Part shown: positions 38,514 through 51,749 of the stretch, one piece after another | How the letters are laid out: each line of letters starts with the position of its first letter | Numbering within the stretch: position 1 is the first letter of the stretch | The notes under the pieces: generated by a model | Seen by the model: only the letters and a program-made list of their open reading frames with translations | What the model was told of the DNA's origin: nothing | Database searches by the model: none | DNA from: Chlorokybus atmophyticus | Taxonomy: Eukaryota; Plantae; Mesostigma and Chlorokybus algae | DNA: 64,000 nucleotides | Assembly (NCBI GenBank): GCA_009103225.1 | Contig: RHPI01002076.1 | Coordinates: forward strand, 1-64,000 | Direction of reading: 5' to 3' | Made by a program: the position numbers and the translations under genes

Positions 38514-40555
38514 GCACACATTTGCGATTGAGCGTTTGGTGCATAGTCAAACGAAGTCATGCTGTATTGACATCTTCCAGTCGCACACACCTTAACTCAT
38601 TTTGCGTCAGGCACTGTTCGTGTGAGGGGCGCGGCAAAGGCAGGATCACGTTAACCCGCGGGAACTCACACACATGCGGGCAGTCGCGCGCCAGGCGCAC
38701 CCGAATGCCCTCCTGGTACACACATGAATCGCGCACGATGAGACGCAGAGTGACACGCATACACGTGTGCGTTGGCATGTGCATGCATGTGTCTCGAATG
38801 CGGCAGCTTCAACGCGCATGCATGCACAGCTTGTGTGGCATGCGGATAGGTGTATGAGTGTTGTAGTGCACACACGTAATGCACACTACAGACCACATGT
38901 ACACACCATCACACACATACACGCATGAGCACTTGTGCCTGCACGCGCATGCGCACACCCAATAACAGAAGTACCCATAACCACAACACCCGCGCAGGTA
39001 TGTACCACTCTATGACACATACACTTATCGAGGTTGATCGCTGCCGTCTTGACCTCGAGCTGGCCCTTGTCCACGCCCACCGCGTCAGGACTGACCACCA
39101 CTTCCTTGCCCGTGCCAACCATGAAGATGTGTGGGTGTGGCGGGGTGGGTGGGTGGGTGGGTGTCCTCTCACAGCTTGCAACCTCTATCCTCGCTCTGCA
39201 GACCGACATAATAGATCAGAGATCAGCTCAGCCAGTTAGTGATTGATTTAAACATCCGCAACAACAGTTACGATTGTCTCATGTGCGTGTGTGTCAGGGA
39301 CAACACCGGTTCTTTTAGGCGTCATCGTTTGGCAGTGACTGTTATGTCTTGTCGCCTTCGGTCGCCATGGTTGTTGCCGCTGTGCGTTGGCCTTTGCTGC
39401 TGACAGGGTGCCGCAGCAACTCTACCTCACACACACCGACGCAACCACACACATCACAAGTATCACACACCGCACGCACACGGCATATGACCCAGCGTCA
39501 CGCCGTTGCAGCAGCTGCTTCGCACAACGATAATGACAACAACAGCGACAATGATGGTGCCAGCACAGCTGGTACTGCTGCTGCTGCCGCTCTCTCTCTC
39601 CGCAACAACCACAACGACAGCATTAGTTGTTGCTATCATGTGCACACGCCATTGACTGCGGGTGATCACATGTGCATGCATGCCTGGCGAGGTTGGGTTA
39701 GTGGTGAAGGTAGGTAGGTAGCCAGTAGGTTGACAGCCCGGTGATGAATGCAAGTGCATGGTGTGGTGAGATGGTTTGCATGTGTCACATTCCCATGCAT
39801 GCCACAACTTCGTTCAATGCATGTTTTACACGCTGACAGTAACACTCGCTGCTGCCGTGCAGCGCGCGCGCATTTGATTTGTTACTGCACATGCAGCACG
39901 CACAATCGCTGTGCAACCTCATTGTCGCCAGCACCTCTACAAGCAGTATGAGTGGCAAGCGCCTGCACATTGCGCTGACGGAAGACCGTGCTCCATTCTG
40001 TTATGCTTTGCAATTCAACAACAATGCAACGCATCACCGTCGCGGTCTGGGGAGAGGCATGTGTGTTTGTTGAGTAACACATAAGCAATGCGTGTATTGC
40101 AGCAGGATCCGAGTATTGCTGGACTGGTGCAGGGAGCGTGTTCTTTTTGTGGCGGCACTTTGCACTGTGGTGTACATAGCAACTTGGAGGCAGTTGGGTA
40201 TATCAACAAACGAGCATGCACACGGAATCCACATTGAGAATAATAATAAGCAGCTGCATGTGCCTGGTGGGTTGTGACATGCAAGTGCCACGCATACGCA
40301 GACTCCCATGGATTGACGGTTTACATAATTTGAAAAACAGCCAGTCAGAGCACACGTGCCGGTGCACACGTTATTTAAACAATGGACAAGAGCACCGTAG
40401 TGTGACGCAGCGTGCATGGTGCCTGTCTGTTTGCGTCAGACAGGCACCTGTCTACTGGCGCAATCCTCAGCGAAGCGCAACACACAAGCACGCATCAACA
40501 CAACTCTCATCATGTCACGCCTCCTTGCAACACATGCATGTGTTGCTCTTGAGTC

Positions 40556-42514
40556 CCCCGCGGGAGCTCCAGCGTCATCTTCACGCCGTTCTAGAGGATG
40601 GAGACGGGTAACTGGGCGGAGGGCATTGAAGCCGACCAGAGACGGAAGTCGTCTTTGTACGCCTGCAAGGAAGGAAGGAAGTAGCGGTAAGCCACTGTTG
40701 AAAGAGCAACATGTGGGGGGATGCCTTTGTGACCTCAACAATGCCACAGCTGTGTGTGTGTGTGCGTGCGCCCCCCTCCCCCTCCCCNNNNNNNNNNNNN
40801 NNNNNNNNNNNNNNNNNNNNNNNNNNNNNNNNNNNNNNNNNNNNNNNNNNNNNNNNNNNNNNNNNNNNNNNNNNNNNNNNNNNNNNNNNNNNNNNNNNNN
40901 NNNCCCCCCCCCCCCCCCCCCCCCCCCCGCCCCACCCACCCCACACACACACACCACCACCCACATTGCGAGGACACATCAGAACTGTGCGCAGACATTC
41001 GCGCTCGCACACACACATCAACAGACGCATACACACGCACACGCACAGCGGTGCGCGAGCGTGCAGCGTAAGTCAACATCAGAGCTGTGCTTGCACGCTC
41101 TCGCGGGCGCGCGTGTGCCATCCTAGTGCTCTCGCTGTCTGTCTCTGAGTGCGTGCGTATGTTTCTCTGTTTGCGCCACGATATTGGATCACAGTGATGT
41201 GCGTAACACACTCAACACACACCCTGCCTTATCCGGTTGTGTATTCTCCACAATCCTCTCCAGCGTCGGCATCCCCCTATCCATCCCCAACGTCAACAAC
41301 CTCTCCGCCTTGGGTCCCTTCTTCCCGAGCCTCATCTCCTCCAACTTGCAGTCAGCAAGTCAGCCATCGCGTCGGCTCCGGCGGACTGCAGCACGGAGAT
41401 CATCATCAAGGGGGAGGAGGGGAGGCGTCCCCCGGAAAACATACGGACAAGTCGAAGGGAGGAGGTGGAAGTCCAAAAGGGCAAGGATTGGACCTGCGTT
41501 CACACAGTACTTTAAGTGGCATCAGACGCATGCATGTGTGGTGTGTGGTGTGGACAGATGCAAGCGCTTGCATTGAGAATCCCTGTGACCGTGTACACTC
41601 CAAGCTAATGACGGTGGTCGCGTTGGACGGCGGCAGGACTGAGGTACATGTTGTTTGAGAATGAGCATGTGCACGCGCGTGTATGCTCATGCTCGCTCAT
41701 ACACATGCATGTGGGCGCGTATGTGGGCGCGTGCACGCCGTTGCACGCACGCATACACAAACATGCACACAGCTGTTTTTGTGCATGCGCGTGCACAAAC
41801 ACATACACCCGCACATGCGCGCGCGTGTGTGAGTGTGTGTATGTGTGCGTATATGTGTGCGTATATGTGTGCGTGCACTCCCAGGCACTGACACAGTGTT
41901 GGGTACCTTGTCGACTTGCAGGCACCGCAGCACGAGCAACTTCTGGACTTAAGAGTCTCTCCTCGCACGGCTTGCAACGGGCTCGCGGTGGGCGTCCGCA
42001 AAGTCAAACACGCGACGGCAGTGCGACGCGTTCCCCGCCACGTTTGTGTCGAAACCGGCAAAGGCCGGCAGAAGCTATAGGTTGAGGACTTCTATCCACG
42101 CCTGAAACGGTATATTGGTGCAGTGAGCAGCTTGAGTACTCTCAAAGGTGTTTATTGCGCACAAGGCGTTTGCTACAAGTACAACATATACAAACGTACC
42201 TGGTATGACTTGACGCAGAGCAGGAAGGAGAACACGAGCTTGTGCTGTTCAAAGAAGCTGCAGCACACGTTGACATACAGTAGATGTGGTATAAGGTCGT
42301 TTATCTTCACCACACACTCCTGCAGGATTGGATGACTTCTCCGCCTCATTGATACCTAACCCACACAACAACGGATGATGAGCGTGCGTGTACGATACAG
42401 TGAGCGGATACGTGTACACGTGTACTTACCTCTTACGGAAAGGGCGATGAACCGCGTGAGGGAGTACTGGTCCAGCGGGTCAACAAGGGTGAGGTTAACG
42501 ATGCAGAAATAGAG
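40556..42514 (-). pseudogene. Axonemal dynein heavy chain remnant, post-AAA5/AAA6 region
   Basis: LYFCIVNLTLVDPLDQYSL; LYVNVCCSFFEQHKLVFSFLLC; PPPFDLSVCF; GPKAERL; MPTLERIVE; DFRLWSASMPSAQLPVSIL*NGVKMTLELPRG (in-frame stop). Confidence 0.88.
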
Positions 42515-44934
42515 TACGATACAGTGAGCGGGTACATGTACACGTGTACTCACCTCTTGAAGACGACCAGCGGACTCGCTGGTGGTTTTGCGCGCAGAAT
42601 TGCTTCTGTTCCTGCCGTAAGAGATCTCCGTTCATGTCTCATTCGCGGATCCGCCTCCATCGCCGTGTAGGCCTGCAATAGGCGACCAACTCATTCACAG
42701 CGAGCACATGTGAGCTCCTTGTCGCACCACAGCAGTACTGCGTGCGCACCTTTGACAGTGACTCGCCCCACGAGCCCATGCACACTTGGTGTATGCGCAC
42801 GGGAGTCATGTGCGTACACTGACTCACGCACTCGTACACGCACACTCACTGGACGTGGTTACAGACTGGTAGTGGAAGCGCCGCTGAGCAATGCTCTCAA
42901 ACGGCGGCTGTCTGGACTGGTGGCGGCTCTCAACACCATCTTCCTTCAAGCCTTCAGCAAGGTCCCTGCGTTCATGATGGCTTTATGGAATGCTTGATGA
43001 CAAGCCTTGCTGAGCATCCCACAACAGTGTCATGCTCAGTGGCGATGCCATGCTGACGCAGCTGCACATAGAGGCCATACATGTAGCGCCACGGGCGCAA
43101 CGTGTGCAGCGGCGGCGGCGGCGGAGGAGGAGGCTCTGGTGAGCGGCTAGGCTTCTCCTGGCCATGGTCAGGGTGCTTGCTGGTCATGCTTGGGGCTGGT
43201 TATCGTTTCAGCCAAGCCAAGTGTGCTTCTTCGCCTAGGGCCGGCCAAGCAGCTGATCGGAGCAGCAGCTGGTCCAGTGTCTAGCTGGGGCTTTGAGTAA
43301 AGCCAAACCCCAATGAAGATCATGCGCTGTTCAAGAGCCAGGCGAGGCAAGCAGCTGGACCTTGTGACAAGGTGCGTTGAACATTGTGTGATGCTGACAT
43401 CTTGGCAAATCGCGTGTTCACATTGTATGCAAGTGCCTGCTTGCCAAGCAGGTGCCGTTGTAGCACAGCACATGCACGAAAAGTTGCCTTGTGGCTTGTG
43501 CCATCATGTGCAACAAATTACAAATATTTGGTGCGTGTGCACGTGCAAATGTGCCTGTGCGTGTGCATGTGAAGATATGCCTGTGTGCGCGCGCGCGCTT
43601 CTGCCTGTGCGTGTACGCGTGCGCGCGTGTATGTATGTATACGTGCGCTGGCGTGTGTATGTGTGAGCATGGGCGCACGCACGCACACATGTGTGCAAGT
43701 GTGGTTGTCTTGCAAAGTTCAGCCACCATCTGCACCGCATTGCATTTGCTGCATAAGTTAGGCTGGAACATAACTAAAACCGCAGTTGTGTTGCTGCAAT
43801 GTGTGAACAGACAAATTAACGCTCCATTGCTTCAGCAGCATGCGGACGCCATGTGCGGACGGCACCAAGTCTTATATGTTACATGTTCAAACACTGTTGG
43901 AATAGCGCACCATAGCAGCAACTAACATCCGAATGCAGTTTCATCAGCGTCATGGACTGGTTGCGCATCTCTCGGTGCATCAACTGAACCCAAGTTCATC
44001 AATGCAGACCTGTTACCACTTACCTAACCCCCCACCCTTCCACCCACATTTGCTGCCACCCCAATGCTGATTATGATAACCAACAGTACCAGTAATCGTT
44101 CAGACCATACCCCGCACCTCACATGCAAATAAGATTATTTTGTGACAGCGTACCGGCTGCACGTGCAGGAGAGACCGCAGATTTGCTGAGCCGGTGTCAG
44201 CTCAACAAAACGCACACGCCGTAGTGCGTGTTGGTTGCCTACGCACAAACCAAAGCAAAAACGTCGTAAAACGTCTGGCATGCACTTGATGCGCGTGCGC
44301 ACAATTTCACAAAATCGCAAGCTCATGCAAGCTCATGCAAACACGCACACTTACACCCACACACGCGCACGCAGACAGAGAGACACAGACGGCAACAGTT
44401 CAAGAACATCCAACGTGTCAACGCACCAGTGTTCCCATCTGATGCCAGCAAGACCACGTCGTACGGTCCACACCGGCACGACTGGTTGTTGTTGGTCTCA
44501 ACCTTGTACGCCACAATGACAACGGTGTTCGCGCCACACGCGCGCACAGTCTTGTGCTGCGCAATCCCAACCATGTTCCTTGGACACAGTGGACATCCTC
44601 CCGCCTCCCACATCATGCACACCACTGGTTAGACGTCGCCCCTGCCTTGTTCAACAAGGTTGGGTACGAGTAAGTCAGTTGACACAAGACTTGCACATAC
44701 CAACACAATGTTTTCCCACCTGGAGGTTGTAGGCTGCGGATGCACGTATCGGCTGTCGGCGAGTGTGTTTGGTGCACTGTACAGTGTTGGTACGTGTGCA
44801 TGTGCGCATCTCACCCGCGCCAGGTTTCTTGACTTCACTACATGTGCCTTTCTGCGCAGCATAAGCATCGCTGTCGTTTGTGTGGCGTCATGGAAGTCTG
44901 TGAGTGTGTGGGTATGTCTGAGAAACAAGTACCT

Positions 44935-46640
44935 CATCTCGATGTGGTGAGAGGGCGCACTGCCCGACACTTACTTGTTGTCATGTACTTGTTAAAGGCC
45001 ACAACTTGCATGATGTCGAGTGCATCATTGCGTCCACCGATGCAGAGCAGGCTCTGCAATTATCTCCGTCGAGCACCTGCTGCGGACGTGCAGAGGTGTA
45101 ATCGTACGCCGCACACGCGTGCGCACACACACGTACATGCGCCCCGTGTATGTGTATGTCTAAATAGGTGCTACGCATACGCACACATGCACACACACGT
45201 GGACACTAATGCACAGGTACGTGCATGCACACACGCGCACGCACACGCACACGCACACGTCTGCACGCACCATGAAACATATACACGCGCACACATGCGC
45301 TTAACTCAGAGAACCACATAGACACACCGAGTTCCCCACCCCCACAATGAGCAGCGATAGCGGCAGTCTCGACGCCTCAGTCAAACCATTCACACGTATT
45401 GTCCAAGTCTCCCCGCCCGCGATTCTGAACAGCACTAAATGCTTGTGCCACTCCTGCGACATGATGGCGGACGCGACGGAAGCGGCGGTGGCGATCATGG
45501 AAACGAAGAGGGTCATCCCGCAGAGGGCTTGTACGCGGAGAGGATGCCGTCAACGCCATTGACCCGAATGCATGAGAGGCGTCATCGAGAGGAGACGCAA
45601 CAACACGTGCATGTGCGTGTGAGTGTGTGTATGCGCGTGCGCATGTGCAAATGACGCGATCAGTAACCCAACTTCTGGGTTGTATGCGCTGCGCAGCGCG
45701 CGTGCCATTGAGAGCGAAGCAGTACGAGACCGGGTAGGTTGGGCGCCTGCCTCGTGCCAAGTGTCCACGCGGGGAACTGCTTGTCCATGTCGTACAACGC
45801 CACCACATCACCCACAGCGCGGATGGCCTGCAGCAGAGTGATGTGTCATCGATGCCAGTCTGCATCATAACAGTGTTGCGCTGTGTGCGTGCAGGTGCCC
45901 ACACGCACACGCGCAAGCCCCTACCTTCAGGTACACGTTGGGTGTTGAGCCTCCAGCGAAAAGCAGCAAGGTTGGGTCGCGCGGCTTGCCCATTGTACGC
46001 TGTGCATGGGTTGTTGTGCTTGAGCGTTGGGTGAGGCAAATGCATGTGCCTGTATGTGTGCATGTGTTTGCTTGGGGTCGCGTGATGCCGACTGACCCGT
46101 TAAGTCGATGGCGACCATGAAGCTCAGCTCGCACCCGCCCATGACGTAGTCCAGAAAGGACTGGCACGGAGTCAACGCGCACGCCGGCACCAACAGCTGG
46201 CCGCTACTACTCTTACAAGACACGCGTATGTATCATCAATACAACGTCGTTGTGTGTGCTCCCAACGTGATTGGTTACCAAACCCACCACGTTGTTTGTG
46301 CCTGCTGCGGCCTTCTTTGCGGGTGCTGGTAGAGGGCCAGCGCGCCGGCTGAGGCCGTCAGCTGCTTCGAGTCGTTGGAGGAGGCTTGCTCGCTTCGTTG
46401 CGGACATCCCCAACATCCTGATCATGAGACTCAATTGGTTTCAGAATTGCTCATTGCTTAGCGCCCTCGCACGTGTGTGCATATGAACGTGAACGTGCAC
46501 AGTACTCATATTGGGGATGTATGTGTGTGAACATACACGCACAACACGCACATGCATTTACTTACCCTTCGAGATCATGTCGCCTGGCTCGATCCCAGAT
46601 CCATCACCTCAAAGTTGAGCGGCCAATTCCTGCATAGCAA
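44935..46640 (-). pseudogene. Copine (C2-C2-vWA) remnant
   Basis: SFLDYVMGGCELSFMVAIDLT; QAIRAVGDVVALYDMDKQFP; CFALNG; TLFVSMIATAASVASA; EASRLPLSLLIVGVG; VLDGD. Frameshifted. May extend up to about 47800. Confidence 0.85.
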
Positions 46641-49600
46641 ATATGTTCAAAAATGGTGCAACACCTCGTTCCCCGCAACCACAACACATGTACACAGTAT
46701 ACACATAAGTATTTGTGTATACACGTACTTCTAGCAACAAACAGACCAATGCAGTCACGCCCACGCCCACGCCCACGCACAAGCCAATGATGGGTCTGTC
46801 ATCAACCACACTGCCATCATTCACACATGCATATGCGCGTGCACACGTGAGTACACACACACTCACACTCACACACAAATACACACACGCGCGCACACAC
46901 ACGTGCACGCCCACCTACATGCGCGCGCGCGCATACACAGGTGATTACGGCTCGTCAGCAGCGTCTGACCCGTCCCCTCGCGATCCCGAAGTCCTCCATG
47001 GCGGTGGCTACTGCGGGCGCGGAGGTCGCCAACGCCGACGCCCTCATCACGCTGCGGGGGGACAGAACCTAGACAGAAAGGACACATCTTGGCAAAAGCG
47101 TACATTGGCGTATATACATCAAGTGAGTGGTAACATGCTCCTCATAGCATCCGTGTTTGCGATTATGGCGTACGCGTGAGGACGGTTTGCGTCTCCCCGC
47201 GTGTAAGGACGGAGGTGAAGCACAACACGCTTGCGCCCGTGTGGGCACCCATGCAGATCACGTAACAATATTCAACTTGTAACCCCCGAAGGCGGCTTCC
47301 GGCAAGATATTCGGGGCACTCACAATATCCCCTATCTTGAGGATGTCGTTCGGGCTGCTTCCCCTGCCCTTGGCCATGACACACACACCACACTATCAAC
47401 AATATAAGCCCCTGAATACTGAAACAAAACCACGGCCTTGTCTGTCGGGGCAATGCAGCGAGGTCCCAACGACGAAACCGTGCGTTGCCCGTCACAGCGA
47501 CAACACGTTCATCCGCTCGCGCCGATAGAGATAGATAGAGTTGCGAGGCCGTGGAGAGATGTCGTTGAATGCATTACATTCTGGCAAAGAGAGTATCACT
47601 ACTTCGCGTATTTCATAACGGGGATCATTCCCTTGACCCAAACCGAGGCTCGTGATCAATCGGCCCTATGCCTCCAAGTGCGGGGACCGCACTGCAGACG
47701 ATGGTTCTGATAGCAGCGCCGCAGGACTTTGGGCAGGCCCGGATAAACTGCACCATGATGAGGAAGGGGGTTTGTTGTTGAGGGGTGTGACAGCGTGCGT
47801 GTGTGTGCGCGTATGCGTATCTGTATATGCACGTGCACCCACGTGCGCGTGTGTATGCGTGTGCGCGAATGTGAGTGTGTGTCTGTGTGGAAATGTGCTT
47901 GTCAGTGCGCATGTGCGTATGTCATTGAACCAAAGCAACTAGTGTGCGTGCGCACTGATACAAAAGTGCGCATGCGTGTGTGTACACCCACCGATGTGTG
48001 TATGTGTGCACACGCGGGTATGCACGCGTGCGTGCACGTGTCCAACCAATCTTGCCGAAATTGCGAGTTCAGCTGTGTGACGGCACCACAAAGCAGTGTA
48101 TTTTGATGCGATGCTCCACGAATGGTCACTGCAGCGCTCTATCCTGCATACAGCCTTCCATGACGGGCCCGACAGCGGTGTGGATGCGCACCGTACCGCC
48201 CCACACGGAGGACAACAAGAGCTTGACTCTTGCACCAGGCGGGGTTGGTCCTGTCAAAGATATAGGAGACACAGTGTGTTGGTGTTAATCCTTTAGCACT
48301 TTGTCTGTGCGTGTGGCACCAACATGCTCACCTGGAGTGATGACCATGCCAGCAGCGATTGTGCCGCCTACGCCGGCACAGTGGCGGCGCCTGAGCAGTG
48401 TGTATGGTCACGTCGTGGAACTCCATGCCGTCCTCCCACCGCAAACACACGCACGTAGATGGGTTGTGCTGTTTGAGCAAGTAAACGTGCGCGCACATGC
48501 CCGAGTGAGCGCATGCGCGCACACACGCAAGTAGTAGAGTTGCAAGCGCACGCATAAGCACGCACACATGCGCGCATGCAATGCACGCAGGCAGGCACGC
48601 ACGTACACATGCTTGTGTTCCACGTACCATGTACACACTGATGGCGTGAGGAGACCTGTACTCAGCCCATCAGGCGCTATCAGCGCAATGTAGCTGTTCC
48701 AACGGCTTTGTGTCCAATGTCAGACCAGTGCAAGCGCATCAACTCAATGCGCCTGCCCCTTCCACTTACGCGTCCCAACCGAGTGTGTTCAAAGAGTCAT
48801 CAGTACACACCTCTCAAAAGCAGTGTTCTGCCTTCAACACTGTGCAATTGAGCCACTCTCGCTTCAGAGTTCATACCAATACGCGCTGGCACACATGCGT
48901 GCGTGCGTGAGTGCCTTACAGATAGAGCGCGCGTGCACTCATGCACAAGCGCGCACGCGCACACTACCCGTAAGAAGACACGTAGACATTATCAGCAAGA
49001 CACTTTCGCATCAGGAGACCACAGTTCAACGTAAAGCGTCGGTGAGTTGAATCAATTTCAATGCGCTCAAAGTCTTTGGGCTTGGGGTACCTGTCGTGCA
49101 GCTTGACATGGACGTAGCTCCTCCTGTACTTGGGGTCCACGGTGATGACGGTGCCTTGACTGAAAGCGAATAAGAACGGGTGGTACTCAATGGTCAGACC
49201 CCGCAACACAAGATCGGAACACCTGTGCACATAGCATCTCAATGCGGGAATACATGTGTATGTACATGTGCGCTTGTGCGTGTGTGCGTGCATGCGAACA
49301 AACCAATGAGAAACTGCATTGAAAGACATAAACTGTAACACTGCAAAACAACACAAATCCACGCACTATGCATACTGAATGGCTCACCCCATCCGCCACG
49401 ATATCCCAGTCTTAAGTTGCTTATGAACAGATGTCCCTGGCTGCCACGTGCGGCCTGCAACACGTACTCCCCCGGCAGGATATATAACGACACAGCGCGG
49501 CACTGCTATCGGTGGCTGTGTCAATCGGTTGTTGTTATTGTCTGCTGCTGCTGCAGTAGATGTCTTGATGATGATGGACACCAACATCAAGAACAGCATG

Positions 49601-50229
49601 GGCACTCCTAGCGCTTGTTGCGTGCATGTGTGTTTGTTGGCAAGCGCCCGCTGCAATGCACAACAGCAGCAGATGTGGATGCTGTAACCTCCAACTTTAC
49701 ACAAACAGTCAGTTATTCACAGACGTCCCGACACACATGCGCACAGCCACAACAACAGCTGTTGTGCAAGAACACTCACAGCTGGGATTAGAGCTGCATA
49801 TATGCAAGCATCATTAGCATGTCATTTCCATGCCAACGGCTTCGTTTCGTGCCATTTGGGGCATTCACCTTTGCCTTTGGGATTCAGGCACGCGGCATAC
49901 ATAGCAGTTAGTGTGACGCCTAATCCCCTTGTCCAAAGAAATCAGAGACTGCAAGCACTTTCAAGGCGCTTTGCTTATGTACACCTTTTAATGCAAGACG
50001 GAACGAGGTGAGGATTGAGCGCAACGCACGCGTAGCCAAGCAAGGAGTAATGGCCCTCACCGGACACATGTCATAACCCTCACCTGCGAGCTGTCCGCCA
50101 GGCGCTGCTCGGACGCCACAAGCATGAGGTCCTGCACTTTGGCCCAGGCAAGAGTGAGTCACACGCCAAGTGTGCGCACGACGTATACATGTACATGAAC
50201 ACCACACCAACCTGTCTGAGAGCAGCGCA

Positions 50230-50995
50230 GTCAGCCTCGAAAGCCTGCAGCCTCACGTTTATCAGGCCTTCGCACTCCTGCAGGGTGCGCCGCCCACATG
50301 TGTACACAGCTGTTGTTGTAGTTGTTGTCGTTGGCGATGGCGCTCTGCGGGTGAGTGCGCTCGCTCTTATGCATCCGCCGCTGGAGCAGCTCCTGTAGAG
50401 ATGGTCGCGGGTGTGAGAAGCATGTACACGTACGCATGCAGACGGCCACACACGCAAGATATGCACACAGTCACACACACAATCGCACATGTGCACGCCC
50501 ACACACGTTTTCCCTACGCGCACGCATCCACGCAAGCAAGGACCCCCCNNNNNNNNNNNNNNNNNNNNNNNNNNNNNNNNNNNNNNNNNNNNNNNNNNNN
50601 NNNNNNNNNNNNNNNNNNNNNNNNNNNNNNNNNNNNNNNNNNNNNNNNNNNNNNNNNNNNNNNNNNNNNNNNNNNNNNNNNNNNNNNNNNNNNNNNNNNN
50701 NNNNNNNCCGCTTTCATTTCACATTGCGCTCCCTCTCCTCTCCCCACCTCACGCTATGTGTCTCCGCCTCCACCATCATCTTCTACCCATCGTACAGCTC
50801 GCCTCCGATGCTGATTTGCGTCTTAGCATTGACATCTGGACAGAGCCGGGACGAAGCGGCTGTGGCTGTTGCGGCGGATTGCGGCACTTTCGGGCCTGGC
50901 ATGTCCAACATGTGGGTGGGTGGGTGGGTGTAGATGCATGTGTGACTGTGATTGAAGTCGCACAAAACTGCATATGTGTGTGTGCGCGCCCGTGC
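50230..50995 (-). repeat. Dispersed paralogous gene-like segment (partner 16465-17290)
   Basis: Reverse complement aligns to 16465-17290. Confidence 0.75.
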
Positions 50996-51749
50996 GCCTC
51001 CTGTACGTGTGTACATATGCTGCTGTTGATGCCATTGATTGTCATCGTTGTTGTGTGCGTCTGTGTGCTTGTGAAGAACGAACACATGCACACATCCATC
51101 TGCATACAGAGGAGCTCGAGGCAAGACTCGGCCACTTCACGCACTGGCGGGCAGCCCGCCACCGCCACCGCCAGCCCTCCGCCCAGTTGGGCCATACTTG
51201 TGCCGGAGACTATGCCAGCATAGTACCCACTGTACCCAACGCACTGTACTGTCTACATTACTCCACCATGCACTGCTCTGCGCTCCCCTCCTCCCATTGT
51301 TCTGTTTCACGCTTTTTCTTCACTTCGTGATCGGGGTGCACACAAAGTTGGTGCAGATGTTGTGTCTGCTGCTCAGATTCATTTGGACAGAACAGACGCA
51401 ACCCGGTTCCCCCACCTGTACCATCATAGGAGCCCGCACACACCTTGCATGTGTTGCTGCGTGCTGACTGGACTACACGTTGTGCATGCGCATGCATGTC
51501 CTGCATTTGATGTACACCAACACATGTGCCTAAGCACACTCACAAGCATGCCAGCAGTGCGGTTGAAGTCAGGCTACTCTTGGCAACAGGCCAGTCCTGC
51601 AACTGCAAACTACATTACACCCACTCGTTTGCTAGCATCACAAGCACACACAGCGCTGTACCACCTCCCTTGCTGTCAACAACAAAGGACATCGCCATAC
51701 AACAGCAACAACATTGCGTTGCTTATACTGTCACGGAGCTTCAGTTGGC

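Noticed and set aside
38960-39130. Possible aminoacyl-tRNA synthetase exon (KEVVVSPDAV...)
   Set aside because: One short isolated exon-like piece without confirming motifs.
49020-49500. GRAM/PH-like (myotubularin or BBS5) fragment GHLFISNLRL
   Set aside because: A single short motif that cannot distinguish families by eye.
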